In this document: piece after piece, positions 1 through 9,669 of the stretch
Position numbering within the stretch: the stretch's first letter is position 1
How the letters are laid out: each line of letters opens with the position of its first letter
From: a virus
DNA: 64,000 nucleotides
Virus record (IMG/VR): IMGVR_UViG_3300037119_003505
Coordinates: 3,733-67,732 of that record
Strand: one strand, 5' to 3'
Program-made: the position numbers and the translations under genes
Notes under the pieces: generated by a model
The model's input: the letters and a program-made list of their open reading frames with translations, nothing else
Databases searched by the model: none
What the model was told of the DNA's origin: nothing

Positions 1-1196
1 TGCTCCACATAATCCACTCCCGGCGGGATCACGCACATGCCGTTGCTGATGATGATTTGTCCGGTCGGCCCAACGGTGTTGGTTTTCTTGAACATCGTCG
101 CCATTGAGAGGCGGTACTTGTTCACCAGATCGTTCAGAATCTTGGTCAGCGTTTGGACGTAAGCGAACTGGTCGTAGCCCTGCCCACGGATGCTGTGGTA
201 ATGCCCGTCCCCGATGTTCAGGCAGAATATCGTGAAGGGGTTGCTGTCGGGAGGGAAGCGGGAGACTTTCTTGTAGAGGAATTCCGCATCCTTGTCGCCT
301 TCCTTGGTACCGCCTGGGTTCCGTTCCGCGATGTAGTGGCTGAAACTTCCGTCGAACTCCCGCACCCATCCGTGCATCAGCAGCACGCGGGTGTCGTTCA
401 CAAAGCTGCCGTAGAGGTCGTTCCCCTTCATCATCTCGTTCACCTTGTTCCACTCCAGACTCCATTGGCTTCCCATCTTCCTGCCGACGTACGTGGTGGC
501 CCGTACCAGCGCCTTCCGAACCGCAGCGACGTTCCATCCCACCGCCGTCGCGGCCTTCTCGTTCTCGATCATCCGATACAGAGTCGAAGGAATCATGTCC
601 TCCTTTTGGATCAGGTATTCCACGAACTCCTCAGAGTTTCGGGTGTTGCGCGGGATGAGGAAGTTGTCCAGTCCGGCGAAGTCGAACTTCCAATCGAAGT
701 CCTTCGGGAAATGGCCGAGCGACACGCCGTTCTGCACGAACTGCTGCGCCCCAAGCTGGAACCTCGAATCGAAATCGTTCCAGTCCCGCATCATGGTGGT
801 GAACTCCGCCGCGATCACATCCTCGGCGTTCTGCCGCGTCGAAGCGTCGTACTGGTCAATCGGAATCTCCGGCGCGATCAACGCCTTGAGGCTGTCCAGC
901 ATGTCGAAGAACGGCACGAGTGTCTGCGTAATTCGAGCGCGCGCGAGATTGAAGTTCAGGTTGCTGCCATCCATCGCGCCGGCCTTGGCTTTCTCGGACT
1001 GCTTGTATGGCAGCCCTCCGTTGACCGCGTATTGGATGGCGCTGCGCTGAATCTGCGCCAACTGATCGTTGTAAAGCTCCTTCCAAAATAGCGCCTGAAA
1101 GGATTGCGCGTCCCTGAGTCGTGAACCTGTCGGCTTGCCGGTCTCCGGAAATGCCGCCAGCCTGCCGTCATTTTGTGTCAGGTTGTCAGTGGGCAT
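1..1196 (-). CDS. Probable portal protein (partial, runs off left edge)
   Basis: Not in the ORF track because it has no stop in the window. Manual translation from ATG 1196 (MPTDNLTQNDGRLAAFPETGKPTGSRLRDAQSFQALFWKELYNDQ...) is open for about 398 codons, two genes downstream of TerL. Portal call rests on position, size and helical character. Confidence 0.6.
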   Translation of the reverse strand, partial: MPTDNLTQNDGRLAAFPETGKPTGSRLRDAQSFQALFWKELYNDQLAQIQRSAIQYAVNGGLPYKQSEKAKAGAMDGSNLNFNLARARITQTLVPFFDMLDSLKALIAPEIPIDQYDASTRQNAEDVIAAEFTTMMRDWNDFDSRFQLGAQQFVQNGVSLGHFPKDFDWKFDFAGLDNFLIPRNTRNSEEFVEYLIQKEDMIPSTLYRMIENEKAATAVGWNVAAVRKALVRATTYVGRKMGSQWSLEWNKVNEMMKGNDLYGSFVNDTRVLLMHGWVREFDGSFSHYIAERNPGGTKEGDKDAEFLYKKVSRFPPDSNPFTIFCLNIGDGHYHSIRGQGYDQFAYVQTLTKILNDLVNKYRLSMATMFKKTNTVGPTGQIIISNGMCVIPPGVDYVE

Positions 1197-2049
1197 TCGG
1201 GATCAATCTGGAAGGACGTTTTCGCAGCGCGGAACGACCACGCTTCCGTTTGTTTATCTGATGCAACGCCTCTTGTCTATCAGTTTCTCTACTGTCTCGC
1301 AACAGCTTCAGCAGGCTGCCGTCCTTGCAGCCGTGCAGCACGACGGCATCAGGCCGCACCGGACGGGTTACGGACCGGCCCGCCAGCGCCACCCGAAACG
1401 TGACGGGCTCGCAAACGATTCGTCCCCACGAGCGGTGATAATTGCCGGTGCTCCAGTTGTCCTGACACAGCGGCGTGTTGCGGGCGTGTGGGCGGATCTG
1501 CGGCGCGATGGCGTGATCGAACGCGACGGTGGCGTTGAGGTGCGCGGTTGTGTAGTGGCTGAGGTTCGGCGGATACACCGCGCAGCCGCACAGATGCTCG
1601 CCCGTCTTCACGAGTTCGCCCGAGATGCTGTTGACCGAATACGTCGTGTCCACCACCCCCATGAACGGAAGCGAGAGGTCGCGATTATATTCGTCCGCCA
1701 GCGCATCGGCCCAGCCTTCGCGCATCGGCGTCACGTCTGGCTCCATGAAGTACCACGCCTTGTGAAACTCGGGTGTCCGCCAGATCAGTTCAGCGGCCTG
1801 TCGGAAGATCTCGTTCGGCGCATCGGGCCACTGTTGCGTCGGTATCCGCACCGTGAAGGCTATGGGCGGCGCAGCCCAGCCGCACTGTCGCGCGTTCACC
1901 GCGACGGCTTCGCGCTCGTCTGGAGACAGTTCCTCGCTGTAGGCCAGCAACAAGTTGTGGCGATCATACGGGCCGAGTTCGCGCATCCACTGCATCAGCG
2001 GGATCGCGAGTGCGAGGTCTTGTTTGGAGAACGGGAAGACGATCAGCAT
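1186..2049 (-). CDS. GT-A-like nucleotide-diphospho-sugar transferase-like protein with basic C-terminal tail
   Basis: WYFMEPD (DxD-like) motif, GCAVYP, late HGCKDG motif; start taken at MLIVFPF (ATG 2049), just after the TerL stop. Confidence 0.5.
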   Translation of the reverse strand: MLIVFPFSKQDLALAIPLMQWMRELGPYDRHNLLLAYSEELSPDEREAVAVNARQCGWAAPPIAFTVRIPTQQWPDAPNEIFRQAAELIWRTPEFHKAWYFMEPDVTPMREGWADALADEYNRDLSLPFMGVVDTTYSVNSISGELVKTGEHLCGCAVYPPNLSHYTTAHLNATVAFDHAIAPQIRPHARNTPLCQDNWSTGNYHRSWGRIVCEPVTFRVALAGRSVTRPVRPDAVVLHGCKDGSLLKLLRDSRETDRQEALHQINKRKRGRSALRKRPSRLIPNAH

Positions 2050-2051
2050 GA

Positions 2052-3944
2052 TTACGGAAAGAATCCCAAGTCCACTTCCTCCTGCGGTTCCGGCCACGCG
2101 CCGACGAGTTCGCCATCCTGTTGCTGTTGCGCGAAGTCCTGAAGGTGCATCGGCATCGCCGTGGTGTTGGCGGATGCGGCCTCACGGCTCATGCGCTCCC
2201 ACTCGGCTTCGGCGTTCTTGTTCGCGATGACAGCAATCTCGGAACGGAAGTCGTATTTCGTGCGGCACAGGTCGCACAAAAGCGCCAGACAATCTCCCGA
2301 GTCGGGACTGCGCTTGATCCGTTTCTTCATCACGCGCTTGGATTCCACCGACCGTTTCGTGCTGGTCTGTCCGAGTTTTCCGGTGGTTTCCTTGCGCGCC
2401 AAAAGGTCTTCGATGATGTCGGTTGTCAGTCCCTTGATCTGGCCGCTGCGGATGAAGTCCTTCATCACCATCCACAGTTCCGTCACCCTGCGGTCGTAGA
2501 GTTCGCTGCACGGTTTTTGATCAACTCCGTGTGGTAAGTCGGAAGGTTTGCCGTTGAAATCCACCGCATGAAGGACGGCGTTGTTGAACATGTAAGTTAT
2601 GACGCCGCCAATCTCGCCCGCAGCCCCGGTTGAGTCGTAACCAACATTCTCGGGCGACACACCATGCTCACGACAGAACGCCACGAACTGTTTGGAAATT
2701 TGAATGATAATCGGATCGGGATCGCTTTTGCTGTCAAAAAACTCGGTCGTGCTCGTAACGAGCAACACTCTTTGCCCACTCTTAGTGTGCCCAAGTAGTG
2801 CCAAGGCGGCCTTGTAGGCGTCTCCACCTGATCCGCGTGCCGGATCTAACACCGCCAGACAGGTTGTGCCTCCAGCCCAATCCACATGCGTCTCTGTCAC
2901 TCCACCGTCAACGAGGTCCGCTTCCGAATAGACACATTCCGGATCGCTTCCTTCAGGTGGCCAGAACCCCCGGCATTGACTCCAGTGTTCCAAGGAATCA
3001 GGCCCGTTCGCTTCTTCGCTGGAACGTATGGTTTCGCAAGTCGGCAAGAATGGATAGATGACTCTGCCGGTCAAAACATTCGGCGATTGATACGAGTCGA
3101 ATCGGATGGCGTAGCCAAGCTTCGTTTCCCACTCGTAATCGTTTTCCGAGATCGAATTCCACCCGCCCTTTGGTTCCGAGATGAGTCCGTGTGGATCGTA
3201 TTTAGAGGCAGGGTTGCCGATGCCGATGAACTGGAACCACGGATTCTTTGCGAGGTTGCCTTTGGCGAATTTGAGCAGCGCGTGTGAGAGCTTCGGAAAC
3301 TCGTCACCAACCATGATTACACGCTTGTTGTGACAGCCATCCAGCTTGTCGGCGCTCGCCTTGTCCTGCGAATCTTCGCCGGCCACCAGAGAGATTCCAG
3401 CCTTGTCTGAAATCTTCCGTCCGTCTGCGGAAATCGTGCGGATGATCCCCATGCTGTCCACCAACTTTCCGGGCATGTGGTCCGCTGCGGAGTAGTAGTC
3501 CACAATCGATCCCCAAATCCGTTTCTTGGCTGAGCTTACGGTCGTGGAGGTGACGATCACCATTGTGTTGATCGGATCGCACAGCCAGTTGATGAGCGTC
3601 CAGATCGCGAAGAAATCCGATTTGCCGATGTTTCCAGGGCCGCTCACGCTCAAGTACTGCCACTTACATGAATGCTCCAGCATTTTGTCTGCCCACGGAT
3701 GCCAGATGAACTCCTTCCGTTTGTTGTGTGACCCCCAAATCAGCAGTGCTGCCCGCTTGAAATGTCCGGCCTGCCCGAGTCCGCCAGCATCGACTTTATG
3801 ACTCGCGCGGAAGCAGCGCAACTCGATGCTCAGGTCGTCAATTCCTTCCGGCCACTCAAGGTTGTATTTCACTGGCACGACCGCCCTTTTGCGGATTAGC
3901 GCAACTTTTGCAAGACAAACTCCGCGTAAGCTGTAGGAATACAT
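2052..3944 (-). CDS. terL: Terminase large subunit
   Basis: Walker A SGPGNIGKS, Walker B VGDE, coupling motif GNP, RNase H-like nuclease DPARGSGGD...RSPDSGD; true start may be GTG 3878. Confidence 0.9.
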   Translation of the reverse strand: MYSYSLRGVCLAKVALIRKRAVVPVKYNLEWPEGIDDLSIELRCFRASHKVDAGGLGQAGHFKRAALLIWGSHNKRKEFIWHPWADKMLEHSCKWQYLSVSGPGNIGKSDFFAIWTLINWLCDPINTMVIVTSTTVSSAKKRIWGSIVDYYSAADHMPGKLVDSMGIIRTISADGRKISDKAGISLVAGEDSQDKASADKLDGCHNKRVIMVGDEFPKLSHALLKFAKGNLAKNPWFQFIGIGNPASKYDPHGLISEPKGGWNSISENDYEWETKLGYAIRFDSYQSPNVLTGRVIYPFLPTCETIRSSEEANGPDSLEHWSQCRGFWPPEGSDPECVYSEADLVDGGVTETHVDWAGGTTCLAVLDPARGSGGDAYKAALALLGHTKSGQRVLLVTSTTEFFDSKSDPDPIIIQISKQFVAFCREHGVSPENVGYDSTGAAGEIGGVITYMFNNAVLHAVDFNGKPSDLPHGVDQKPCSELYDRRVTELWMVMKDFIRSGQIKGLTTDIIEDLLARKETTGKLGQTSTKRSVESKRVMKKRIKRSPDSGDCLALLCDLCRTKYDFRSEIAVIANKNAEAEWERMSREAASANTTAMPMHLQDFAQQQQDGELVGAWPEPQEEVDLGFFP

Positions 3945-3946
3945 GG

Positions 3947-4738
3947 ATGCCGAAGAAAAACGAGGACGATCTACCGAAGCTGGCTGTGTACGAGAAAGTT
4001 GACCCCTGTAACCCTAGAAATTTCTCGGATGAAAAGATCATCGAGATGACGAAGGACTGGCCGCTGCCGCTCGTGATGGGTTGCGAACAAGCCGAGATAC
4101 AAGAGTGTCGCGACCGTTTTGAGCGACACTGGATCACTGGTTCGGACCACGGGTTGAGCATGTTCATGAATCTGCGGGCGCGGTGGAAGCAGTGCCGGGA
4201 TCTTTTTGAAAGCGGCACATCACTGGCGAGTCTCAACAGGATGTTCCGGTTCAGCAAGGAAAGCATCGTGCGGCGTTCGTTGCGGCATCATTGGAAAGTT
4301 CCAATTACCAGCCCGACGGCGATCAGGACTGAGTATGGAAAGTCGTGCGATCAGCCGATCAGCCTCATCACATCGCAGGAGGAGCAGGAGCTTCCAGCCT
4401 CCACGCAAGAACTGATGCGGGAGCGTCGGCTCCTGAACCTCGCGGGCGCGCAGTGGGACGCGGTGCCGTTCCGTGACCAGAAGGAAGCGTTGCGGATGCG
4501 GATTCACAAGCTGGCGCGACGGGCGCTCAGTTGGTACGAGGAACAGACCGATGAACAGATCGCGCAGGCCGATACCGTCAAGACCCTCAAGGAACTCGCC
4601 GCCATTGCGGAGAAGGTCGCGCCCGTCGAGGTGGAGCAGCAGCCGATCCGCGCTGGCGCAATGCTGCACGCCTTGGTGATGCAGGGCGGCGACGTGCTGC
4701 CGCCACGGGCGACGGTGCGGGAGATTAAAGCGGGGTAG
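3947..4738 (+). CDS. Putative terminase small subunit (HTH plus helical oligomerisation region)
   Basis: WKQCRDLFESGTSLASLNRMFRFSKESIVRRSLRHHW resembles TerS N-terminal HTHs; helical C-terminal half; head-to-head with terL. Confidence 0.5.
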   Translation: MPKKNEDDLPKLAVYEKVDPCNPRNFSDEKIIEMTKDWPLPLVMGCEQAEIQECRDRFERHWITGSDHGLSMFMNLRARWKQCRDLFESGTSLASLNRMFRFSKESIVRRSLRHHWKVPITSPTAIRTEYGKSCDQPISLITSQEEQELPASTQELMRERRLLNLAGAQWDAVPFRDQKEALRMRIHKLARRALSWYEEQTDEQIAQADTVKTLKELAAIAEKVAPVEVEQQPIRAGAMLHALVMQGGDVLPPRATVREIKAG

Positions 4739-4793
4739 AAAGATTTCCCTTGCAATCTTTCGGACAAAGTAGTTTGATTCGCGTCAATGAGCC

Positions 4794-4907
4794 ATGACGA
4801 TCAAACAGATGCAGCAAAAGGGAGGTCGCTCCAAGTCGCCTAAGAAGCTGCGCGCAGTGAAGCGCAACCTCAAGAAAGCTTGGGCCGCGCGACGCAATCG
4901 CCGATGA
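4794..4907 (+). CDS. 37-aa basic peptide MTIKQMQQKGGRSKSPKKLRAVKRNLKKAWAARRNRR
   Basis: Manual translation; KGG-type basic peptide; TTGCAA -35-like hexamer at 4750-4755. Confidence 0.55.
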   Translation: MTIKQMQQKGGRSKSPKKLRAVKRNLKKAWAARRNRR

Positions 4908-4938
4908 CGTTCAGTGAGGCGGCAAGCATTTTCGAGTG

Positions 4939-5196
4939 ATGCAACTGATTACCAAACGACCGGGACTGAATCTGAATTGCGTGCGCTGCAACTCAGCGGT
5001 GATTCTTGAAAAAGACGATGTTCAAGATAAGCTCGTTTATTTCGAATTCAGCACACATCCGGGACTGCAATCCACGCAGTTCTGGTTTTGGAGTTGCCCC
5101 GTGTGTCGTCACGACAACGCGGTGACACGACACACTCTCCCGATGGAGTGGCCTGCGTATCAACCGATTCCGCAATACGCCGCAATGCCAGCATGA
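4939..5196 (+). CDS. Zn-ribbon protein
   Basis: CVRC...CPVC; stop overlaps next start (ATGA). Confidence 0.6.
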   Translation: MQLITKRPGLNLNCVRCNSAVILEKDDVQDKLVYFEFSTHPGLQSTQFWFWSCPVCRHDNAVTRHTLPMEWPAYQPIPQYAAMPA

Positions 5197-5777
5197 GCCG
5201 CGAAAGCACGAAGGCCATGAAGCGCCGTTTTTTAGAAGACCAGTCCGGCACGCTGCCGTTCCGGTGGTGTGACGTGTTCATGGGCGACGGGATCGACATC
5301 GGATGCGGCGACGACAAGCTACCGTTTCCGTCGTGCAAGGGATTCGACACAAAGGATGGCGACGCCAACAAGCTGAGTGACTACTTCCCATCTGAGAGTC
5401 AGGACTTCGTGGCAGGCTCGCAAGCGCTCGAACACATGCACAACCCTGCGGCTGCGCTGCACGAGTGGCTGCGTTGCGTGAAACGTGGCGGATACATCGT
5501 GCAGACGATCCCATCGTGGGAATTATACGAAGGCATGGTGTGGCCTTCGCGCACGAATGGGGATCACAAATCCACATGGAGCATGTGGCAAAAGGGCAGT
5601 CCAGCGCCGCATCACTGCAAGATGCCAGAGTGGCTGGAGCAGTTCGGCTGCGAGGTGCTGATCTGTCGTCTCGTGGATAACGGATACGACTACAAGATCG
5701 GAACATCCAAGGATCAGACGTGGATTCCTGAGCATGGTGTTGAGGCGTTCATCGAATTCGTTCTGCGCAAGCCATGA
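5193..5777 (+). CDS. Class I SAM-dependent methyltransferase
   Basis: GIDIGCG motif I, QDFVAGSQALEH, WLRCVKRGG. Confidence 0.85.
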   Translation: MSRESTKAMKRRFLEDQSGTLPFRWCDVFMGDGIDIGCGDDKLPFPSCKGFDTKDGDANKLSDYFPSESQDFVAGSQALEHMHNPAAALHEWLRCVKRGGYIVQTIPSWELYEGMVWPSRTNGDHKSTWSMWQKGSPAPHHCKMPEWLEQFGCEVLICRLVDNGYDYKIGTSKDQTWIPEHGVEAFIEFVLRKP

Positions 5778-6355
5778 AGACCCCGACACAGCTACTCTGG
5801 GAACGGTTCGGTACAACCGAGCATCCCGCCGAATGGGACGGACGCGACGGCAACGGCGGCATCGGCTCGCAGCGGTTCTGGGAGTATCTGTGGGTGCTGC
5901 AACAGATCGGTACGCCGCAGAGCGTGCTGGATGTGGGCGGCGGTGCTGGGTTCTTTGCTGCGATACTGAACGACTCGGCAATTCAAGCGAACGTAGTTGA
6001 CCCGCTTCTTCCAGAATGGGGGAAAGCCGACTTCAAAAGCACACTAGAGCAATTCGTTGCAGCATCATTGACAGCAGACAATCGCTCAGGTTATGAATGG
6101 CTGGTATCAATTTCAGTACTCGAACACGTGCCAGACAAGCCCGCCTTCTGCGCCGCTCTAGACAGCTTCGACGCCCCGATTGCCCTCACGTTCGAGTTCG
6201 GGCCGGGATGCATCGAGATGCCCGAAGTGTACCGATGCTTGGCTGCCTTCAAGCGGCACCACATCACGAAGATGGAACTGTGCCCCGTCGTGGCCGACAA
6301 TAGCGACGCCTCGCGCTGGCGTCCGTTCGGCATCGTGCTGCAACCGAATTTATGA
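5774..6355 (+). CDS. Class I SAM-dependent methyltransferase
   Basis: VLDVGGGAG motif I, SISVLEHV. Confidence 0.8.
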   Translation: MKTPTQLLWERFGTTEHPAEWDGRDGNGGIGSQRFWEYLWVLQQIGTPQSVLDVGGGAGFFAAILNDSAIQANVVDPLLPEWGKADFKSTLEQFVAASLTADNRSGYEWLVSISVLEHVPDKPAFCAALDSFDAPIALTFEFGPGCIEMPEVYRCLAAFKRHHITKMELCPVVADNSDASRWRPFGIVLQPNL

Positions 6356-7071
6356 ATACCTTCACCGTCACGGTCGCGAACCGTATTCCGACTGAGCCGT
6401 ACTACCACTACGCCAGTTATCTGAACAGCCTCGCGCGGTTCGGCGTGGTGCCGGAAGTCGTAGGACTCGGCAGGCAATGGCTCGGCCTGATGACCAAGCC
6501 GGTGCGTTTTCGGAATTGGCTGCGTGACCAGCACTTCGAGGAACAGGATCGCGTCATCTACACAGACAGTTGGGACGTGCTGTTCGCCGCCTCGCCTGAC
6601 AGCATCGCGGCCAAGTGCGCAGAACTGTTCGGCGACGCTGTGGTTTACTGCACTGAAAAATCCTGCTGGCCCCTCGCAGAACTGGCGCATCACTTTCCAG
6701 ACGAAGGCACGCCTTGGCGCTACCTGAACGGAGGGGCTATGTGCGGGCCTGCGTGGAAGCTGCGGACGATGTTTGAGAGCATGAATCTGGAGCAGTATGG
6801 ATTCGACCGCGAAGATCTGGACAAGCCACGCATAGAGCCGAATGACGCGGTGCCGCTCGTCAAGGCTTTCGTCGAGCAGCCCGTGCTTGTGAAGGTGGAC
6901 GCCCGCTGTCAGGTGTTCCAGTGCTTCTCGGAATGCAGCGCGGATGAATTCGAGATCACGGAGGCCGGCGTGAAGAACAAGCTGACCGGAACCGTGCCTG
7001 GAATCCTGCATTTCAATGGGGGCAGCAAAGAATCCTTGATGCCTGCGGTTCTGGCCGCGATGAATTTATGA
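6352..7071 (+). CDS. PLOD/LH3-type GT-A glycosyltransferase domain
   Basis: YTDSWDV (DxxD), TEKSCWP, YLNGG, DARCQVFQ, ILHFNG match the order of motifs in the PLOD N-terminal GT domain. Confidence 0.75.
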   Translation: MNTFTVTVANRIPTEPYYHYASYLNSLARFGVVPEVVGLGRQWLGLMTKPVRFRNWLRDQHFEEQDRVIYTDSWDVLFAASPDSIAAKCAELFGDAVVYCTEKSCWPLAELAHHFPDEGTPWRYLNGGAMCGPAWKLRTMFESMNLEQYGFDREDLDKPRIEPNDAVPLVKAFVEQPVLVKVDARCQVFQCFSECSADEFEITEAGVKNKLTGTVPGILHFNGGSKESLMPAVLAAMNL

Positions 7072-7430
7072 AAGTACTGAACAACGACGAACGCGGCACC
7101 ATTATCGAAGTCGCAAAGAAAGCTGATGTGCTTCTCATCAGCAGCAGGGTTGGAAGCCGCCGCGCCAACCATTACCACAAGCGATTCGGACATCTCTGCA
7201 TCGTGGCAGAAGGATGCGTGCATTACTACGAGCGCGAGGTTGGCTCAAAGGAAAAACCAACAATGAAGGCATACGCGAAAGGCGAGACCTTTGATACAAG
7301 GCCGATGATGGAGCATCTGATGCTGTTTCCTGTAGAGACGGTTTTTTACTGCTACAGCTACGGCGCAAGGGACAAGGAAAACTACGAGGACGACACCGTG
7401 CGGCTGGCATTCCAACTGGACGAGCAATGA
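7068..7430 (+). CDS. Cupin (RmlC/FdtA-like sugar isomerase/epimerase)
   Basis: DERG, RANHYH cupin motif, position inside sugar cluster. Confidence 0.65.
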   Translation: MKVLNNDERGTIIEVAKKADVLLISSRVGSRRANHYHKRFGHLCIVAEGCVHYYEREVGSKEKPTMKAYAKGETFDTRPMMEHLMLFPVETVFYCYSYGARDKENYEDDTVRLAFQLDEQ

Positions 7431-8638
7431 TCACCGCACACCACAAATGCCGCCTCTGCGACAGCGGCAACATCGAGGAGGTCATCGACCTCGGCTACAG
7501 CCCGCTGGCGAACGCATACCTGACGAGCGACCAACTGGCCGACGTGCTGAGCGGCAAGCGCGAGGAAATCTTCACGCCGCTGCGCTGCTTCCTGTGCATG
7601 GAGTGCGGTTCAGTGCAGTTGAGCCACAGCGTCCCATCCGAAGTGCTGTTCGGCGACTACCTGTACGCTTCCTCAACGTCGCCGTCGTTCGTGCGGCATT
7701 TCGAGGACTTGGCGGTGCATTGCGTTGACCTTGGATTTGTGAAGGCTGGCGATGCCGTGGTTGACATTGGCAGCAATGACGGGATCGCGCTGAAGGCGTT
7801 TCAGGACAAAGGATGCAGGATTACAGGCATCGAACCTTCTGACAGACTGAGCGACATGGCGAACTCACGCGGGCTGGCGACGGTTTGCGAATACCTTGAT
7901 CCGAAGGTTGCGAAATACGTCTGCGGTGGAATCGGACCAGCCAAGATCGTCCTCGCCACGAACGTCTTCGCGCACCTCAGTGACCTGAAGGGCTTCGTCG
8001 AATCCGTGAAGCTGTTGCTCGACAAGGACGGCATCTTCGTGTTCGAGAACAGCTACCTCGGCGACGTGGTGGACGACATGCTGTTCGACACGATCTACAT
8101 GGAGCATCAGTTCTATCACTCGCTGACTCCTCTGGTGCGGTTCATGGAAGCAATGGAACTGCCTGTGTTTTACGTCGAACGGATCAATACTCACGGAGGA
8201 AGCATTCGGGTGTTTTGCGGACAGCGACCCGGTAAAGATTCTTCCGTTCTTGAAACCGTTGGCCGTGAGAGTCATCTGTGTGACCCGCGCACCTACCGCG
8301 CCCTCATGGACCGCATCCAGTGCTACAAACATCGATTGCATTCGGTGTTGCGACCAATTGGCAAAATGGCTGCGTTTGGATGCCCTGCAAAGTTCACCAC
8401 CTTCACTCACGCGCTGGATCTCACAGAGCGGTTCGATTATGTCGTGGATGATTCTCCGCTGAAGGTCGGGATGTTCACGCCGGGAAGTCATTTGCCGATT
8501 CAAGAGAAATACAAACTTGACGGCACGGTGACTGCGTTCGTGTCCGCATGGAACTTCTTCGATCCTATCTATGAACAAAACAAGGAACGCACAAAAGGCT
8601 GGATTCGTCCGCTGCCGCAACTGGAGGTTCTGCCATGA
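7427..8638 (+). CDS. NDP-sugar C-methyltransferase (TcaB9/NovU/EryBIII-like)
   Basis: N-terminal Zn site CRLC...CMEC, DLGYSPLAN, DIGSNDG, IYMEH, GCPAK, YVVDDSPLKVG. Confidence 0.88.
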   Translation: MITAHHKCRLCDSGNIEEVIDLGYSPLANAYLTSDQLADVLSGKREEIFTPLRCFLCMECGSVQLSHSVPSEVLFGDYLYASSTSPSFVRHFEDLAVHCVDLGFVKAGDAVVDIGSNDGIALKAFQDKGCRITGIEPSDRLSDMANSRGLATVCEYLDPKVAKYVCGGIGPAKIVLATNVFAHLSDLKGFVESVKLLLDKDGIFVFENSYLGDVVDDMLFDTIYMEHQFYHSLTPLVRFMEAMELPVFYVERINTHGGSIRVFCGQRPGKDSSVLETVGRESHLCDPRTYRALMDRIQCYKHRLHSVLRPIGKMAAFGCPAKFTTFTHALDLTERFDYVVDDSPLKVGMFTPGSHLPIQEKYKLDGTVTAFVSAWNFFDPIYEQNKERTKGWIRPLPQLEVLP

Positions 8639-9669
8639 CTGATTTGGAACTGAAGGACTGTTATGAAATTGAAAGTTCGCTAGGTTTTTCGGCGCATAGT
8701 TTCACGGGGAAACGAATCCTCATTCCAGGCGGGAACGGCTTTCTCGGAAAGGTGTTCATCAACTTCTTCCAATACCTGAACGCACATGCACTCACTGCCC
8801 CAGTAAAGATCGTCGCGGTGGACAACTACATCGTCGGAGTGAACCCAGTTCAACAGTCCACCGAGCACGTCACCTACCTGACGCACGACATGACGACACC
8901 ACTGCATCTTGCCGTGCGTGGACGGTTCGACTACATCCTGAACCTCGCCGGAATGGCGTCGCCTGCGGCCTACCAGAAGGTTCCGCTGGCCGTTCTGGAC
9001 GTGAGCTACATCGGCACCCGCAACGTGCTGGAACTCGCGGCGATCCACGGTTCCCGCGTCCTGAACTTCTCAAGTAGCGAGTGCTACGGAGATCCAAGTC
9101 CTGAGAACATCCCGACTCCAGAAACATACGACGGGCAACTGAGCAGCACGTCGAAGCGTGCGCCGTACGACTGCGGCAAGAAGGTTCTGGAGGCGCTGTC
9201 GCACGTCTTCCGCGAGCACTACGGCGTGGACGTGTCGATCATCCGGCCATTTAACGTCTATGGCTACATGCACCGCAACGACTACCGCGTGATCCCGAAC
9301 TTCGTCCATCAGGCACATGACTTCAAACCCATCCGCGTGTATGCGCCCGGCACACAGACGCGGACGTTCTGCTGGTACGGCGACTTCCTTGCTGGTGTCC
9401 TAACGGTGCTGTTGAAGGGGGGTGATTTCTGCTACAACGTGGGTGCGCAGGTTGGCGAGATCACGATGATGGAGCTTGCCCGCGCAGTCGAATCGGAGTT
9501 TGGCGGCAATGGGTTGGTGCAGATGGTGGATGCGCCGCCAGTTTACGTTCACGAACCGCAGCGTCGTTGTCCCGATATTTCCAAGCTGCGCGCGCTCAGC
9601 TACGAGCCGAAGGTGTCACTCCGCGAAGGACTCAAACGAATCCGCACATGGCTAACTTCTGCGTCATAG
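8635..9669 (+). CDS. UDP-glucuronate decarboxylase (UXS)-like NAD-dependent epimerase/dehydratase
   Basis: GGNGFLG, LAGMASP, SSSECYGDP, YDCGK (YxxxK), RPFNVYG, QTRTFC, PQRRCPDISK. Confidence 0.88.
   Translation: MTDLELKDCYEIESSLGFSAHSFTGKRILIPGGNGFLGKVFINFFQYLNAHALTAPVKIVAVDNYIVGVNPVQQSTEHVTYLTHDMTTPLHLAVRGRFDYILNLAGMASPAAYQKVPLAVLDVSYIGTRNVLELAAIHGSRVLNFSSSECYGDPSPENIPTPETYDGQLSSTSKRAPYDCGKKVLEALSHVFREHYGVDVSIIRPFNVYGYMHRNDYRVIPNFVHQAHDFKPIRVYAPGTQTRTFCWYGDFLAGVLTVLLKGGDFCYNVGAQVGEITMMELARAVESEFGGNGLVQMVDAPPVYVHEPQRRCPDISKLRALSYEPKVSLREGLKRIRTWLTSAS

Noticed and set aside
153-2142. Plus-strand ORFs 153-1091, 445-1050 and 1135-2142
   Set aside because: Antisense shadows of the minus-strand portal and GT genes. 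Such shadows are common at 60% GC, and most other long antisense ORFs in the track were rejected for the same reason.
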